A stretch of 64,000 nucleotides of DNA from Chiloscyllium plagiosum (taxonomy: Eukaryota), in contig NC_057719.1 of assembly GCF_004010195.1 (NCBI RefSeq), positions 36,635,094 to 36,699,093 on the forward strand, written 5' to 3'. Positions 49,228 to 62,996 of the stretch are shown here, piece after piece; position 1 is the stretch's first letter, and every line of letters starts with the position of its first letter. Both the position numbers and the translations under genes were made by a program. The notes under the pieces were generated by a model. That model saw nothing but the letters and a program-made list of their open reading frames with translations. It made no database searches and was not told where the DNA came from.

Positions 49228-51248
49228 AAACAAGATTTATAACAGAAATGGGCCACCGATTTTACCCAGTAAACTAAAATCAACAGCAATTTCAGAGTCA
49301 AACACTGACTTATCGAAAACCTTTCCATCACTTCTGTATTGTAAACAATACAATATACCATTCCTATTTTCTGTTGCTAATTCGCAGCTGAGTATACCAA
49401 AGGTCCAGTGGTAACAAACTAGCTGGAAAAGCTTAGATACACATTAACAGATTATCAGCTAGAATCAGATCCATTTCAGTTATATAACTATAAAAAGGAA
49501 TGGATGACTTTCGATGCAGTCATGCTAAACGTTTAACTGAAGTATTTTATGTATGAACATGCACCATTCTCCAATAAAATAATATTTCTGGTTTTAGTGA
49601 AATTCACCAAAAAGAAATTAATCTCTCATGTTGGAAGCTTTAATAAAGTCCTAGTTTAAAATTAACTGAAGGATTAAAATTGTAAATTATTTTGATGATT
49701 TACAAGTTGTCTTGGAAAATATTTACACAATAACTGATGCACCTGAAGACATAACGTGAGAGTTATGTTTTATTTGCACAGTTTTTTTTCTATTTTAACA
49801 CTGTTCTGGAGACAGCTGTCTGCTTACCAGCTAAGGGCATTCACATTTAAATATTGTCTTTTTAAAAAAATTGGTTCCACAGCAGCAATCTGAGTTACTG
49901 GTCCAGAGACAAAGGGAATAACTTAAATCTCCAACAGCAGGCAAGTTTGGCTTGGGCAGGATTACATCTTAAAGACATTCAACATGACCTCAATCAGCCG
50001 ACATTTGATTTTAATTGACAGCACGTGCATTCCCCAACCCATTCACAGGAGGCAGCTTAGTTAGTAAAAACCATGTAAGTGGCTACCTGTTGTTATTTTA
50101 CTGGCTCTTTACCTTAATCCATTTTAGTTGGATTCCCTAGCTGTTGGTAAAACTATTAAAATTCCATTGCACCATTACTGGAGAATCAGGAGTGTTTCTT
50201 CCACCCAATGAACTGTTCTGCTTCTAATTCCATGATTCATAACTTGACACCATTCATGATCTGCCCTGCATTTCCCTACCTTCTTTCTGCATTGACCACC
50301 ATCTTGTGCTATAGTTTTCCTACCAAGCAGACCAGAAATCAATCAGTTGTTCTGGTTTTGGGGGGTAGGAAACCCACAGAAACAATTTTAAAGATGTCCC
50401 ATAATTAATATCAACATGTTGTATCTCTCCACTCTCAGGGCATAAGAACATGAAAACCATCATCTCTTCAGACAGGCATATCTGAAAAAACAGAAGCAAA
50501 TTTTGTGTCAGATCCCAGTTTTGTTAAATCGCCACCCTGCTTGGCTTGTACATTGCCTCTCGCAGTGGAGTAGATGATTCTATTCCCACCTCATTTTCAG
50601 ATGAGGTCAGAAAACAAGGCAGCACGGAGAAAGACGTTGCCACCTGCCAGAATTTCTACTAGCCACCGTTAGCTAGCCCCAGTCCTTGTGGTAATCCACT
50701 GTTCTAAGTGTACTGGTGTTTTCAGAAACAGGTCAGCTTTGCTCACAGAGCAGCATCAATGTCCAGCTAGTTAGCATACCAGCAAAGTAGCTACTTCCTG
50801 TTGCAGAATTCCCCCTCCCACTCTCTATCTCGCTACAGCAGTCATTTTGTTATGGAAGACTGAGAGTTTTTCAAGGACTTTTTATTTTCATGGAGTACTT
50901 TTTCTATTTTCAATAACTCCTTTATTATGAGAATGGTCTTGTACTAATAGTAACATCTGTATGAGAGCAGTTTTTTCTAAGAAGGGTTTCCTTCTTTAGC
51001 TTGGTATAAGTGCTATTTTATCCAAGACTGTATAATTTATTTTATTCACTCCTGGGATGTAAGATTACTGTCTGGCCTCACATTAGTTGCCCTTCTTGAA
51101 CAGCCACAGTTCAATTGGTGTAGATACACCCACAGCAACATCAGGGAGGGAGTTCTAGGAATTTGAGCCAGCAAAACTGAAGGAACCAGTGACATATTTC
51201 CAAGGGAGGATGGTGAGTGGCTTGGATGGGAACTTGCAGGTAGCAAGT

Positions 51249-51553
51249 GGGCGGCACAGTGGCTAGCACTGTTGCCTCACAGCGCCTGAGACCCGGGTTC
51301 AATTCCCGCCTCAGGCGACTGACTGTGTGGAGTTTGCACGTTCTCCCCGTGTCTGCGTGGGGGTGCTCAGGTTTCCTCCCACAGTCCAAAGATGTGCAGG
51401 TCAGGTGAATTGGCCATGCTAAATTGCCTGTAGTAAGGGGTAAATGTAGGGGTATGGGTGGGTTGCGCTTCGGCGGGTCGGTGTGAACTTGTTGGGCCAT
51501 AGGGCCTGTTTCCATACTGTAATGTAATGTAATGTAATCTAATCTAATCTAAT
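51249..51553 (+). mobile_element. tRNA-derived SINE, HE1-like, inserted in an older LINE 3' end
   Basis: GGTTCAATTCC B box; (TGTAA)n(TCTAA)n tail. Confidence 0.9.
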
Positions 51554-51821
51554 CAATTCCATACATCTGCTGCATTTGTCCTTCTAGGCAGGAGTGATTT
51601 GAGAGTTTGGAATGCGCTAAAATGGAACCTTGATGAATTTTTACAGAGTATCTTGTAGATGGTACACACTGTGGCTATTTGTGGCTGTGCTGGTAGGCAT
51701 GAATGTATGTGGATGTGGTGTCAATCAAGCAGACGGTTTTGTCCTGGATGGCGTCAAGCTTTTAATATGTTTTTTGTAACTGCACACATCCAGACAAGTG
51801 AGAATCAAAAATTACAGAAAG

Positions 51822-52152
51822 TTCTGGATGTAGGTGTGTTCGCTGAGTTGGAAGGTTTGTTTTCAGATGTTTCGTCACCCTTCTAGGTAACATCAGTGAA
51901 CCTCCGGATGAAGCACTGGTGGCATGGCCCACTTTTTGTTTATATGTTTAGGTTTCCTTTGGAAGCTCAGGAACCAAAGGAAACATAAACACAAAGAGAA
52001 AGCAGGCCATGCCACCAGTGCTTCATCTGGAGGCTCACTGAAGATGTTACCTAGTATGGTGATGAAACGTCTGAAAAACGAACCTTCCAGCTCAGCAAGC
52101 AAACCTACATTCAGAATGTCAACCTGAGCTACAAATCTTCTCAAAACTCACT
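51822..52152. mobile_element. Penelope family B fold-back insertion
   Basis: Inverted arms of about 140 bp. TSD ATTACAGAAAG at 51811-51821 and 52153-52163. CTGAAGA...GAAACGTC at ~52038-52071. Confidence 0.88.
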
Positions 52153-52177
52153 ATTACAGAAAGCTATCTGCAATATC

Positions 52178-52481
52178 TGTGGTGCGTGGCTTAGTGATGG
52201 CTGCCTCACAGCATCAGGGACCCAGGTTTGGTCCCACCCTCAGGCAACTGTCTGTACGAAGGTTGCACATTCTCCCCATGTCTTTGTGGGTTTCCTGCAA
52301 ATGTTCCAGTTTCCTCCCACATCAGGATGTGCAGGTTAGGTGAATTGGCTAATCAAAATTGCCCACAGTTTCCAGGGATGTGCAGGCTAGGTGGATTAGC
52401 CATGGGAAATGCAGGGATAGGGGTAATGGGATGGGGCTGGGTCGATGGCTGCTTCTAGACAGTAGAGATTCTATGATTCTA
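52178..52481 (+). mobile_element. tRNA-derived SINE, diverged
   Basis: Homology to the other SINE copies; (GATTCTAT)n tail. Confidence 0.75.
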
Positions 52482-53465
52482 CATTGTGTCCTTTACTGTG
52501 AAGTGTTGCATAAATGTATTTATAAGCCATTGTGAAAAGAAGAAGGTGCACCAATATCACAAACTTACTTTACAATAATAACAAATTACTAAATTCAAAC
52601 ATACATGTTCATTTAACTTATTATATAAGACCACCTCTCAACAATACGCTTTGAGGCTTAAAAGCTCCTTTACGTCCTCACATCTCACACTCAACATCAG
52701 GGATCAAATACCACTGTTCAAGGTTGAATTTTCCCTCCATACTTTCTCAAATTTCTATCCACCTCATTCAGCTGGGTGGGACTGCATTTACTTAACCCAT
52801 TCATAGTCCACGAATCACAGCAATGGTTTCACTTGCCACCATTGCACCTCTGGCTCCACTGGATCTACTCTGGACCCCCCTCCAATTTCCCTTCTTGCTA
52901 CCACTTGGCAACATCATCCAAATGAAAAAGTGTTCATTTCTGTACACATGTTGATGACATTCAACTCAACCCCTCCACTCTCTATATACTATACTTTGAA
53001 TGAGCAGAAACTTCCTTCAGCTTTATAACTGGGAACATAAAACCTTTGAATTCCTCGATAATCTCCTTTCTCTGGCTACTATCCGATATTGAACCAGACT
53101 GTTTGCAAGCTTGGTGCCAAACTTGACCCTAAGATGAACTTCCAGCCATGTATCCACACTATCATGAAGATCACCTATTTGCATCTTTATAAGTTGCCTG
53201 TCTCAGTCATTTGTTTGCTAAACCTCATCCATGTCAATGTTATCTCTAGGTTTGACTATTTTACACACCCCTAGCTAGTAGACTAAAGTCTATCCTCTAA
53301 ACAAACTGGGTCATCCAAAGCTCTGCTTCTATACTTATCTTCAGCAAATCCTGAACATCCATAGCTGCTGCGTATTGACCATACTGGTTTCTGATTATGT
53401 ATCATAATTTTAAAATTTTCATCCACGTCCAAGAACTTGCTTAGCCTTGCAAGACCCTGCCCTCA

Positions 53466-53683
53466 ATTGAAAAATGTGGTGCTGGAAAAGCACAGCAGAC
53501 CAGGCAGCATCCGAGGAGCAGGAGAATCGACGTTTCAGGCATAAGCCCTTCTTCAGGAATGAAGGGCTTATGCCCAAAACGTCGATTCTCCTGCTCCTCG
53601 GATGCTGCCTGGCCTGCTGTGCTTTTCCAGCACCACATTTTTCAAATCTGGTACTCCAGCATCTGCAGTCCTCACTTTCTCCT
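53466..53683. mobile_element. Penelope family A fold-back insertion
   Basis: Inverted arms. TSD AAGACCCTGCCCTCA at 53451-53465 and 53684-53698. Confidence 0.9.
53524..53560 (-). ncRNA. Minimal hammerhead motif, sense to the carrier pre-mRNA (intron 1)
   Basis: ATTC-CTGAAGA-A-GGGC-TTAT-GCCT-GAAA-CGTC-GA. Core intact, but the stem II closing pair is G:U. Confidence 0.6.
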
Positions 53684-56336
53684 AAGACCCTGCCCTCACC
53701 CCACTACCTTTAATCAACCCCATTCCCTTACCCCTCCATGCACTCATCCAAGTCTGGCCTCTTCAGCATCTCACATTTACTTACTCCATTGTTAGTGCTT
53801 GTACCTACAGTTACCTAGACTTCAAGTTTTAGAATTCCCTCCCAAAACATGTAGGATTGCTCTCTCTATCCTTTTCAAGATGCACCTTTAATCCTGCTTT
53901 TGGTTATCTGCCCTCATTTCTGTGAATGCTTATCATTCTTTTTCAATATAGTTTCTATTAAGCACTTTAAGATTTTTATTATGTTAAAAGCACTGTATAA
54001 ATAGAATTGCTGTTGTTTTCAAAACAGTACATGACTTCATTTTTCCCTATCTTTGCAATACTCTCCAAACCTCCAAGATTTTGCCATCTTCAATTTTGCC
54101 ATAGCCAATTTTAAATGGTGTACCATCAGCTGACATAGCTTTAAACTCTGGAATTCCTTCCCTAGATCTCTCCACTTCAGAAAATACAAAACAGGAGGAA
54201 GTGGTATGACATTCAGCCCCTCAAGCCTGTTCTGTTATTTAATGAAGTCAAAGCTGATCTTCTACTTCAGTTACATCTTATAGTACCCTTGCACCTCTTG
54301 AAGCTTTTAGCAACATTTGTAAATCTTGCATTTGAATATAACAACTCAACATCTACAGGTCTCTGGGGTAGAGAAGTTCAAAGATCCACAAAGCTTTGAC
54401 AAAGTAATCTCTCACAGTTGTAAATGGTCAACCCATTATCTGAAACTGAGACTGCTAATTCTAGACGCACCCTGCACCTAAACTATCAAGCCACTAAGAA
54501 TTTTATAAATTCCAATGAGATCACTTATCATCCTTCAAAACTCCAAAAAAAATCAGTAGAAATCAATATCCTTATCCCAGCAATCAGTCTAGTAAAACTT
54601 TACATAAAACCCCACTTCCTTTTGCTAATTTGCCCTTATTTCAATTTTTATGGTTGAGTGTCAAACTTTGAAATATGCTAGAGGTGCTGTATAAATACAG
54701 TTTATCATCAGTGACCGGATTCTATGCCGAATGTGGTAAGATACTAAACACCAAACAGTTTCAGCATGACTTCTCCAGTCTTTTACTCTACACAGCATTA
54801 GCTTCCCATGCACAGTATTTCACAACTGTCAAGATTAAATTTCAGCTTTCATTGTTCTGCTTGTACATTTTGTCCTACTTATTTTACTATTTCTAAACTA
54901 TATACCATCTTTCTCCATTTAACACTTCTACAAAATGTGAGCTATTTGCAAGACCCTATTTTTCAAGAGAAAAACAAAAATCCAAACAAAAAAAACACTA
55001 AAAAACCTAATTTACATAATGCCTGTCAGCCTTTTTCAGGCAAAAGATTACATTGTGTCATCAACAGAAAAGCTAAATTTACTTGCATTCTTTTCAAAGT
55101 TATAACTAATAATGGAACATAAAATATCCTAATAAAAAGTTAAACCATAATATTTTTACCCACGTCTATGGATACTATTCATGGTGTGCATCAGTTGCAG
55201 TTGGTCAATATGGATAGGCTTTAAATCAGAAAAGGTTTCAGGTAAAAAAAAGATAAAGATAGTAGTTGAGGACATAAAACTTCTACATGGTTCTCGGTAA
55301 AGACAAGAACACAAAGGGACAGATCATTTAAGAGTCCACCTACACATAAGGACCAACCAAACACCAGTTATTAAAAAAATCTCTAACTGAATGTGAAAAG
55401 CATTCATACAGTCACTTAGAGGAATTAGCAGCACAAATAAAAATAAAATGATTTAGATACACTTGCTATTACAAAGGCTTAGGAATGGAGGTAGCCAAGG
55501 TTATGCAATAAAAATTCCATGTACACAACATTTCAAAAGGACAGGCAATATCAGTTCCAGTAGTCAAGGATAATTTCACTTATAGTACAGTGATTGACAG
55601 TACATTGGAGTGAAGAGGATGCTTGTCATAGACTCAATAGAGAGAGAAAACGAGACACTTTGAGATAGTGGTGAAGTTGGGGATTGGTAAGAGATATTGA
55701 AAAAGAAGAAAACAATAGGCTAATGGAAAGATAACACTTTTTAACGATCCAAGCTTCATATTCAATGTCAGCAGTCAGTTGATAGTCTGTGATCAAAGAG
55801 ATTTCTTGCTTTCTTGAAGTTTCTTTTTGCTCTCACATCTTCAGCCTTATAGTTCAAACTTAAAACCAGCCACATCTTGGCGAAGCAGGACCTGCTATAA
55901 GTGGAGTCCAGTGTACTGTCTTCCCAGCTGTTGAGGTGAAAATGAATAAACAATGGTCAGAAAGGATTTAGGCTCAAATCTGGAAGTAGAATCAGTAGAT
56001 ACAGTCAAAAAATACTAATGGTAGTAGCTTGTTGGCTCTGGAACAATAGTTATACCGGTATACAAATCACTAAGGAAGGAAAAATTGGAGTTTGATGCAA
56101 AGGCAACATGATTGCAAGAGACTTTAAATCTTCATGTAGAATGAACAGATTAAATTAACAAAATTAACCTGAAAGATAGGCTTTTAGAATATTTTTATGA
56201 CATTTCCTGTAACAACATGTATGGAATCAACTCAAGTCAAAATCTAGTATTGCATAACAAGGCAGCATTAATTAGTACTTCCACAGTACAAGATCTGCTA
56301 AGAAAGAGAATATAACACAACTGAAACCCAGACTAT

Positions 56337-58790
56337 AGTAAAAGCAAAATACTGTGGATGCTGGAGATATGAAATAAAAACAAAGTGCTTGTGCTGGAGA
56401 AACTCAATTCTGGCAGAAACTGTGAAGAGAGAAACAATTAACATTTCAATTCCTATAAGTCATCTTTGGAATTGTAGGAGAATGAAAAGTTATGATTTTT
56501 ATGCTGTTGACAAAGTGGGAGAAAGAACAAATGGAACAGATGTATGGGGTGCCAAATAAAATACAAAAGCAAGTGCTAATAGTAGGAAAAGAGAGAGGTC
56601 AGCACAAAAAGATGATAACGATAGATGTGAATAGTAGAAAATACTTCAGCTCTAAGCAAATATACATTTCAAGACATGGTTTGGGAAGTACAATCAAAAT
56701 GGAGGACAGTATGAGCTCCTGAGCTCAATGTTAGGACCTGGAGGCTGTAAAGTGCCAAAGCAAAAACTGTGAGATGCTGTTCATCCAGCTTGGTTAGGCA
56801 AGGCTTGGCTAAAGTTTTAAGCTAAAACTTTTTAAGTCTTCAAGACTTAACATTCTGCTCCATTTTGATTACATGCACCCATCCCATCCTGTTCGCATTA
56901 TCTTGTCTACATGAATTTGTTCTCAGCAGAGTTGAATTCTTTTCTATTGACACCTATCAATATGGCTATTTTGATTGGGAACCATGAGGAGAGGGTTGGC
57001 ATCAGGACCATAGAGAGAACTGGAGGTGTGCAGCAATGAGGCAAGAGGAAGACAGAAAGAACAGGGGAGAAGAGCAGGTGAAGCCCCTTTGATATCTTAT
57101 CCCTGTTCACCTGTCTGATCCCTTGACCAGTCTTAGTCAGTAACTGCTTGTCACTCACGAGAACCAATGGATGTAACCAATCGAGACTTCCAGAAGACCT
57201 TTGATAAGGTGCAACATAGGAAACTGAGTAAGGTAAGGGCCTATGGTATTCAAGGCAAGGTACTAGAATGGATAGAGGATTGGCTGTATGGCAGAAGGCT
57301 AAGAGTGGGAATAAGAGGGTCCTTCTCAGCATGGAAGCCGGTGACTAGTGGTGTACCACATGGGTCAGTGCTGGGAGAACAGCTTTTCACTTTATATACT
57401 AACGATCTGGATGAAGGAACTGAGGGCATTCTGGTTAAGTTTGCAGATGATACAAAGATAGATGGAGGGACAGGTAGCATTGAGGAGGCAGGCAGGCTGC
57501 AAAAAGACTTAGAGGTGAGGAGTGTGGGCAAAGAAGTGGCAGATGAAATACATGGGAAAGTGATGTCATGCACTTTGGTAGAAAGAATTGAGGCATGGAA
57601 CTATTATTTTCTAAATGGGGAGAAAATTCATAAATGCAAAGGGACTTGGGAATCCTAGTCCAGGTTTCTCTTAAGGTAAAATTGCAGGTTGAGCCAGTAG
57701 TTAGGAAGGCAAATGCAATGTTGTCATTCTTCTTGAGGATTTGAATATAAAGGCAGGGATGTACTTCTGAGGCTTTATAAAGCTCTGGCCAGATCACATT
57801 TACAGTATTGTGAGCAAGTTTGGACCCCATACCTCAGGAAGGATGTACTGGCTCTGGAGTGGAGGTTCACAAGAGGAGGCTCACAAGAATGAACTCAGGA
57901 ATAAAAGGCTTAAAATATGTTTGAGGACTCTGAGACTATACACAATGGAGTTTAGAGGGATGAGGGGGGGAATCTGATTGAAAAACTTACAGAATACCGA
58001 ATGGCCTGGGCAGAGTGGATATTGCGAAGATGGTTCCACTGGCAGGACAGAAGAGGACCCTAGGACACAGCCTTGGAGTAAAGGGAAGACACTTTAGAAC
58101 AGAGATAAGGAGAAACTTGCTTAGCCAGAGACTAGTGAATCTACAGAATTCATTGCCACAGAAGACGGAGGAGGCCAGGTCATTGAGTATATTTAAAACA
58201 GAGGCAGATAACTTTTGATCTCCTTGGCAATCAAGAACTTATGGGGAGAAAGCCGGAAAATGGGACTGAAAAGCCTATCAGCCATGATTCAATGGTGGAA
58301 CAGATTCAATGGGCTGAATGGCCTAATTTCTGCTCCTACGTCTTACGGCCATGGTCTGTAAGCTGCCATATAATTCTGTGAGCCTTTTTGGAGTTGGTTC
58401 TTGGTGGCCATTTTCTCACCCGAACCCCTGTACCATCAAAGCAAGAGGAAACTGGGGAGGAGAACGGGTTGGGGTGAAGAAGAAGAGAAACCCCTTTGAT
58501 GCCACCACACACCCAAGATATTTTCTGTTGCCGACCCCTTTAAAATGTTGTCTCTGCTCTGTGCACATATGCAGTGAGATGCAATGATATAGAGGATCGA
58601 TGTCCATGCCCTTTTCTGAATTATCATGCAGCTGCATTTGCCCAGCAGTTTTGGTGTCAGCAAATACTGCTTTTCCAGCCCCCTTCAGTTCTGAGTGAGT
58701 GTCATTGGACTTGAAACATGAGCATCTCTCTTCACAGATGCTGCCAGACTTGCTGAGTTTCTCCAGAATTTTCTGGTCTTCTTTCCAAAT
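56337..58790. mobile_element. Old Penelope-like remnant with inverted ends, interrupted by a CR1
   Basis: TGCTGGAGAAACTCA...CTGGCAG at ~56395 versus CTGCCAGACTTGCTGAGTTTCTCCAG at ~58741. No clear TSD. Confidence 0.45.
57165..58350 (+). mobile_element. 5'-truncated CR1 LINE
   Basis: DFQKTFDKV, GVPHGSVLG and KFADDTK. Confidence 0.9.
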
Positions 58791-59057
58791 TCCATATTAA
58801 GATTGGAAGTGACACATTGTAGACCCAAACAAGAATGCTAAACATAAACAATGTCATTTACATGATAGGGAGAGCTGGCTAAAGTCAAATGGGCAAGTAT
58901 GCCAGTAATGTTTTCTACTGTTTATTTTAAACAATTCAAAATGTTCTAAAAAATATATTGTTTAAAAAATGTTCAGTAAGAAAGACCCTTCCACGACTTA
59001 GTAAAGAGCCTGAAAACAGTGTAATATTAAATGAAAAGGTTCAATGTTGCAAAGGAA

Positions 59058-59416
59058 AGAATCATAGAATCCCGACAATGTGGAAGCAGACCATTTCACC
59101 CACTGAGTCCACAATAACCCTCTGAAGGGCATCCCACCCAGAACCACCCCACTACCCTAACTCCGTAAACCTGCCTTTACCATGGCTAACCCACCTAACC
59201 TACACATCCCAAGGCACTATGGGCAATTTACCACAGCTAATCAACCTAACCTACAACCATTGGACAGTAGGAGGAAACTGGAGCACCCAGAGGAAATCCA
59301 TGCAGAAAAAGGAGGAATGTGCAAACTCCACACTGACAGTCACCAGAGGGTGAAATTGAACCCAGGTCCCTGGCACTGTGAGGCAGCAGTGCTAACTCCT
59401 GAGCCACTGTGCCACC
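59058..59416 (-). mobile_element. tRNA-derived SINE, HE1-like
   Basis: Homology to the other copies. Confidence 0.8.
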
Positions 59417-60179
59417 CCAGAGAAACTCATCAGGACTAGCAGCATCTGTGAAGACAGAGCAGAAAGGAAAGAATTTCAGATATTCCCTGTCCTTTGTCTC
59501 TGCGGACGTACGTGCCTTCTGACATCTCTCCCAAACAGCCTGGCTGGGATTTGAAGGCTCTGCCCCCCACACACAAGATTGTTGTAATGTAGGAAATCTG
59601 GCACTTAATTTTCACTTAGCAAACTCCCACAATAAACAAAGCAATAATGACTACATTATATTTTTGTTATACTGATTGAGAAATAAATATTGGCCAATAT
59701 AATAACAATAAATCCCCTGCCCTTCCTTGAAATAGTGCCATGGGATTGTTAACATTTACCTGAATAAGAAAATGGGACCTTGCCTTAACATCTCATCCAA
59801 AAACAACACCCCTGACTGTACAATGCTCCCTCAATACAGCTCTGAAGCAGAAGCTTTGAAGCAGGACTTGAATCCAGAAGGCATGGTTCAAAGATAAATG
59901 TCCCAACAATTGAGCCAATTTTCAGGGTTAAAAAGTGAGGAATAATTTGAAAATTAATCACAAAATACAAAGGAAATACTGTAAAAATTCAAATTAGACA
60001 ATACTCACCAGTTACTTTTTAAGCGGCCCTTCGGGTTCCGGGTGATTTGCTTCTATTCTAGTTTGATGGATACAGAGTTGGCTGATAAGTCCAAGGCACG
60101 AAGGATAACTGTTGCTTGGACGGTCAGTTGACTTGACTTTGCTTCTGCATTTTTCAAAGAATGTCTGTGTCTTCCTTAA

Positions 60180-61200
60180 TGAGCCTTATCCCATTGTTTT
60201 ATGACAGGGCAGTCATATTTGACAAGTTTGCTACTGGTCTTTGAGGATATAACAAGCAGAGATGATAAAGGGAAGATGTACAGATGTTGTGTATTTGGCT
60301 TTCCAGAACGCATTTGATAAAGTGCCACATAAAAATTTATTTGACAAGATAGGAGCTCATGATATTGCAATAATGTATTAGCATGGATTGAGGATTCATT
60401 AATACAAGATGGACAGAGTGAGAATTAATGGGTCTCCTTTGGATTGGAAAAACCTAACTAGTGGAGTGCTACTAGATCCAGTTCTAGGGCCTTAATTATT
60501 TACCATCCATATTAATAACTTGGATGAGGGGCAAAGTCTAATGCATCCTTTACTGTTGACTGGGGGGGGGCATGGAATTTAAAAGTAATGTCTTGTTACA
60601 ACTGTACAGGGTATTGGTGAGGCCACACCTGGTATACAGTGTACAGTTTTGGTCTCAATGTAGTTAAGAAAGAATATACTGGCATTAGAGGCTGCTCAAA
60701 ACATTCACTAGGTTGATTCTTAGGACAAATAGACTGACTTATCAAGAATGGCTAACCAGTTTAGGCTTTTATTCATTAAAGTTTAGAAGAATGGTGGGTG
60801 GGGGTGAAGGTGGCAGCAGTGGCCTTACTAAAACCTACAAGATTCAGAGGAGGCTTGACAGGATAGATATTGAGAAGATGCTTCCACTGCTGGTAGAATC
60901 TCAAATTAGGCGACATAGTTACAGAATAAGGGGACAACATTTAAAACTGAGATGCAAAGGAATTTCTGCTCCATGAAGGTAACAAATATCTGAAAGCCTC
61001 TACCCTAGAGAGTTGCGGAGGCTAGATCACTGAACATATTTAAAGAGCAGGTAAATAAATTTTTGGTGTTTCAGAGAGTTGAAGGAGGATTATGATAAAC
61101 AAAAGAGGATTTGAGGCCTGTGGCAAATTGACCGTGACCTTGTTGAATGACCAGCAGACCCGAGGAGCTAATGATCCATTCCGAACCCTATTTTTAGTAT
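60180..61200 (+). mobile_element. Decayed CR1 fragment
   Basis: FQNAFDKVPH and YRVLVRPHL..VQFWS remnants. Confidence 0.75.
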
Positions 61201-62996
61201 TATGATTGGTTACTACGAATGGGTGGAGTACTTCAGGGATGATTTGAAGACAGTTTTAAACTGAACTGGAGGAGATTGTTTGAGTGATTAATGTTTCAAT
61301 TCTGAGCTCCTTCAATGGCTTCAAAATGGCTTGTCTCCCTCACGTCCAGACTAGGGTTCCAAAATGAATCAGAAAATTTTAGCATCAGGCTTCTGAGGGA
61401 CAGATATTGAGCCCTGTATTTTCCACTCAAGTAAACTTCAAGAGGATGAAAGCAATTTTAATAAGTACAGTAATACATGCTGTGCCCATCTCAAACATGT
61501 TGAAATGGCCTGTGCTTCACCTGATGTAAAGCTCCACACAGGCACTCCTATGTGCTCCAAAATTAGTGTGCACTTGATTCAATAAATGTACATTCTCTTC
61601 ACTGAAGTGAGCAGTCCAGGCTTCAACTAACTCCTTGCAAAATAATCCTGCTCATTTGGCTATTTTTCTTGGAAGCTCCCTCCCCAGAGTTCTTCAAAAA
61701 ATCTGAGAATACTTTGCCTGCAATTGAATTCCTTCCTCACTCATTTCAGAATGGCATTGATTGCATCACAGTCCCAAAATTACAACTAATAACAAATGGC
61801 AATGTGAAATGACAGACAATTACGTAAATTTAAACCAAAGATGGACATTGTACAAACCTTAGAAAATGAAATCTCTACGGGATGCAGGCTTTGCTGGCTA
61901 AGCAAGCATTCATTGGCCATCTCTAACTGCCCTTGAGAAGGTGATGATGAGCTGCATCCTTGAACTATTTCAGTCCACCTGGTTCAGATACACCCACAGT
62001 GTAGCAAGGATGGGAGCTCCAGGATTTTGATTCAGTGATTATGAAGGAATGGTGATACAGTTTAAGTCAGGATTGTGTGGTGCTTGGACAAAAACATGCA
62101 AGCGATCGTGTTCCCATGCATCTGCTGCCCTAAATAGGGAATCTAGAATATGGGGCCAGGTTTTCCAGAATGGTGGCCAATCATTAAAGACTCCAATAAG
62201 GAAAAACTTCTTCAGTCTGAGGATTGTGAATTTTTGCAATTGTCAGAGCATTGTGAACTTTCCATGGTCAAACAAGTTTAAGACAGATGACTTGAATACT
62301 GACCTTGATCGCATTGAATGGCAAAGCATGTTACAGGGGGCCTGTATGTTTCTTATAACCACCATTGATGCTAACTAGTAACAGTTATCCTCTTGTTATC
62401 ACTCTTTGAACTTCCTCTCATACTGATATAACCCCTTAAACAAAATATCCAACTCTTGGCAATACTGACTTTATCATGAGTCCCCACAGCTTTGACTTTA
62501 ATAAATAACCTTCCAAGTAGAACTTTGGATTCTACCAACTACACACCTCTCCTTCGAAGGAATGCATCAATGACGAAAGACAGGGGTTTACACTAACCAA
62601 GAATCATTGCCCATTAGATATACTTTATTATTTAAACTGTCCCTGGAAATGTGACAACATTTAGAAACATCAGACACAAATCATGTCCTGCAGCTCTTAG
62701 TAATGATCTTCCAACATTCTCGTGTGTATCTGAATAAACAAATTTTCAATGGCAAACTATGAATTCTAACATGTACGACTTTAAAATTAGTATGTTCTTC
62801 ACTAACAAAATAACGCTTAACTATATTAATAAGTAACATTCAAGTCAATCCACAACTGAAGCAATGACAAAACTAGTGGAATTTTCCATTTTTTTAACAT
62901 ATAAAATCCTGTGTACCATCTGAAACTAACAACTGTATGCGTGGAATAAATACTGATCATTTTCAAACACTTTAACGACAGAGTACCATTTCTTAC

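Larger units (their letters stand above)
52600..54010 (+). mobile_element. Old L2-like LINE remnant
   Basis: VDDIQL, LGAKLDPKMNF and VISRFDY remnants; L2-like 3' end. Confidence 0.55.
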
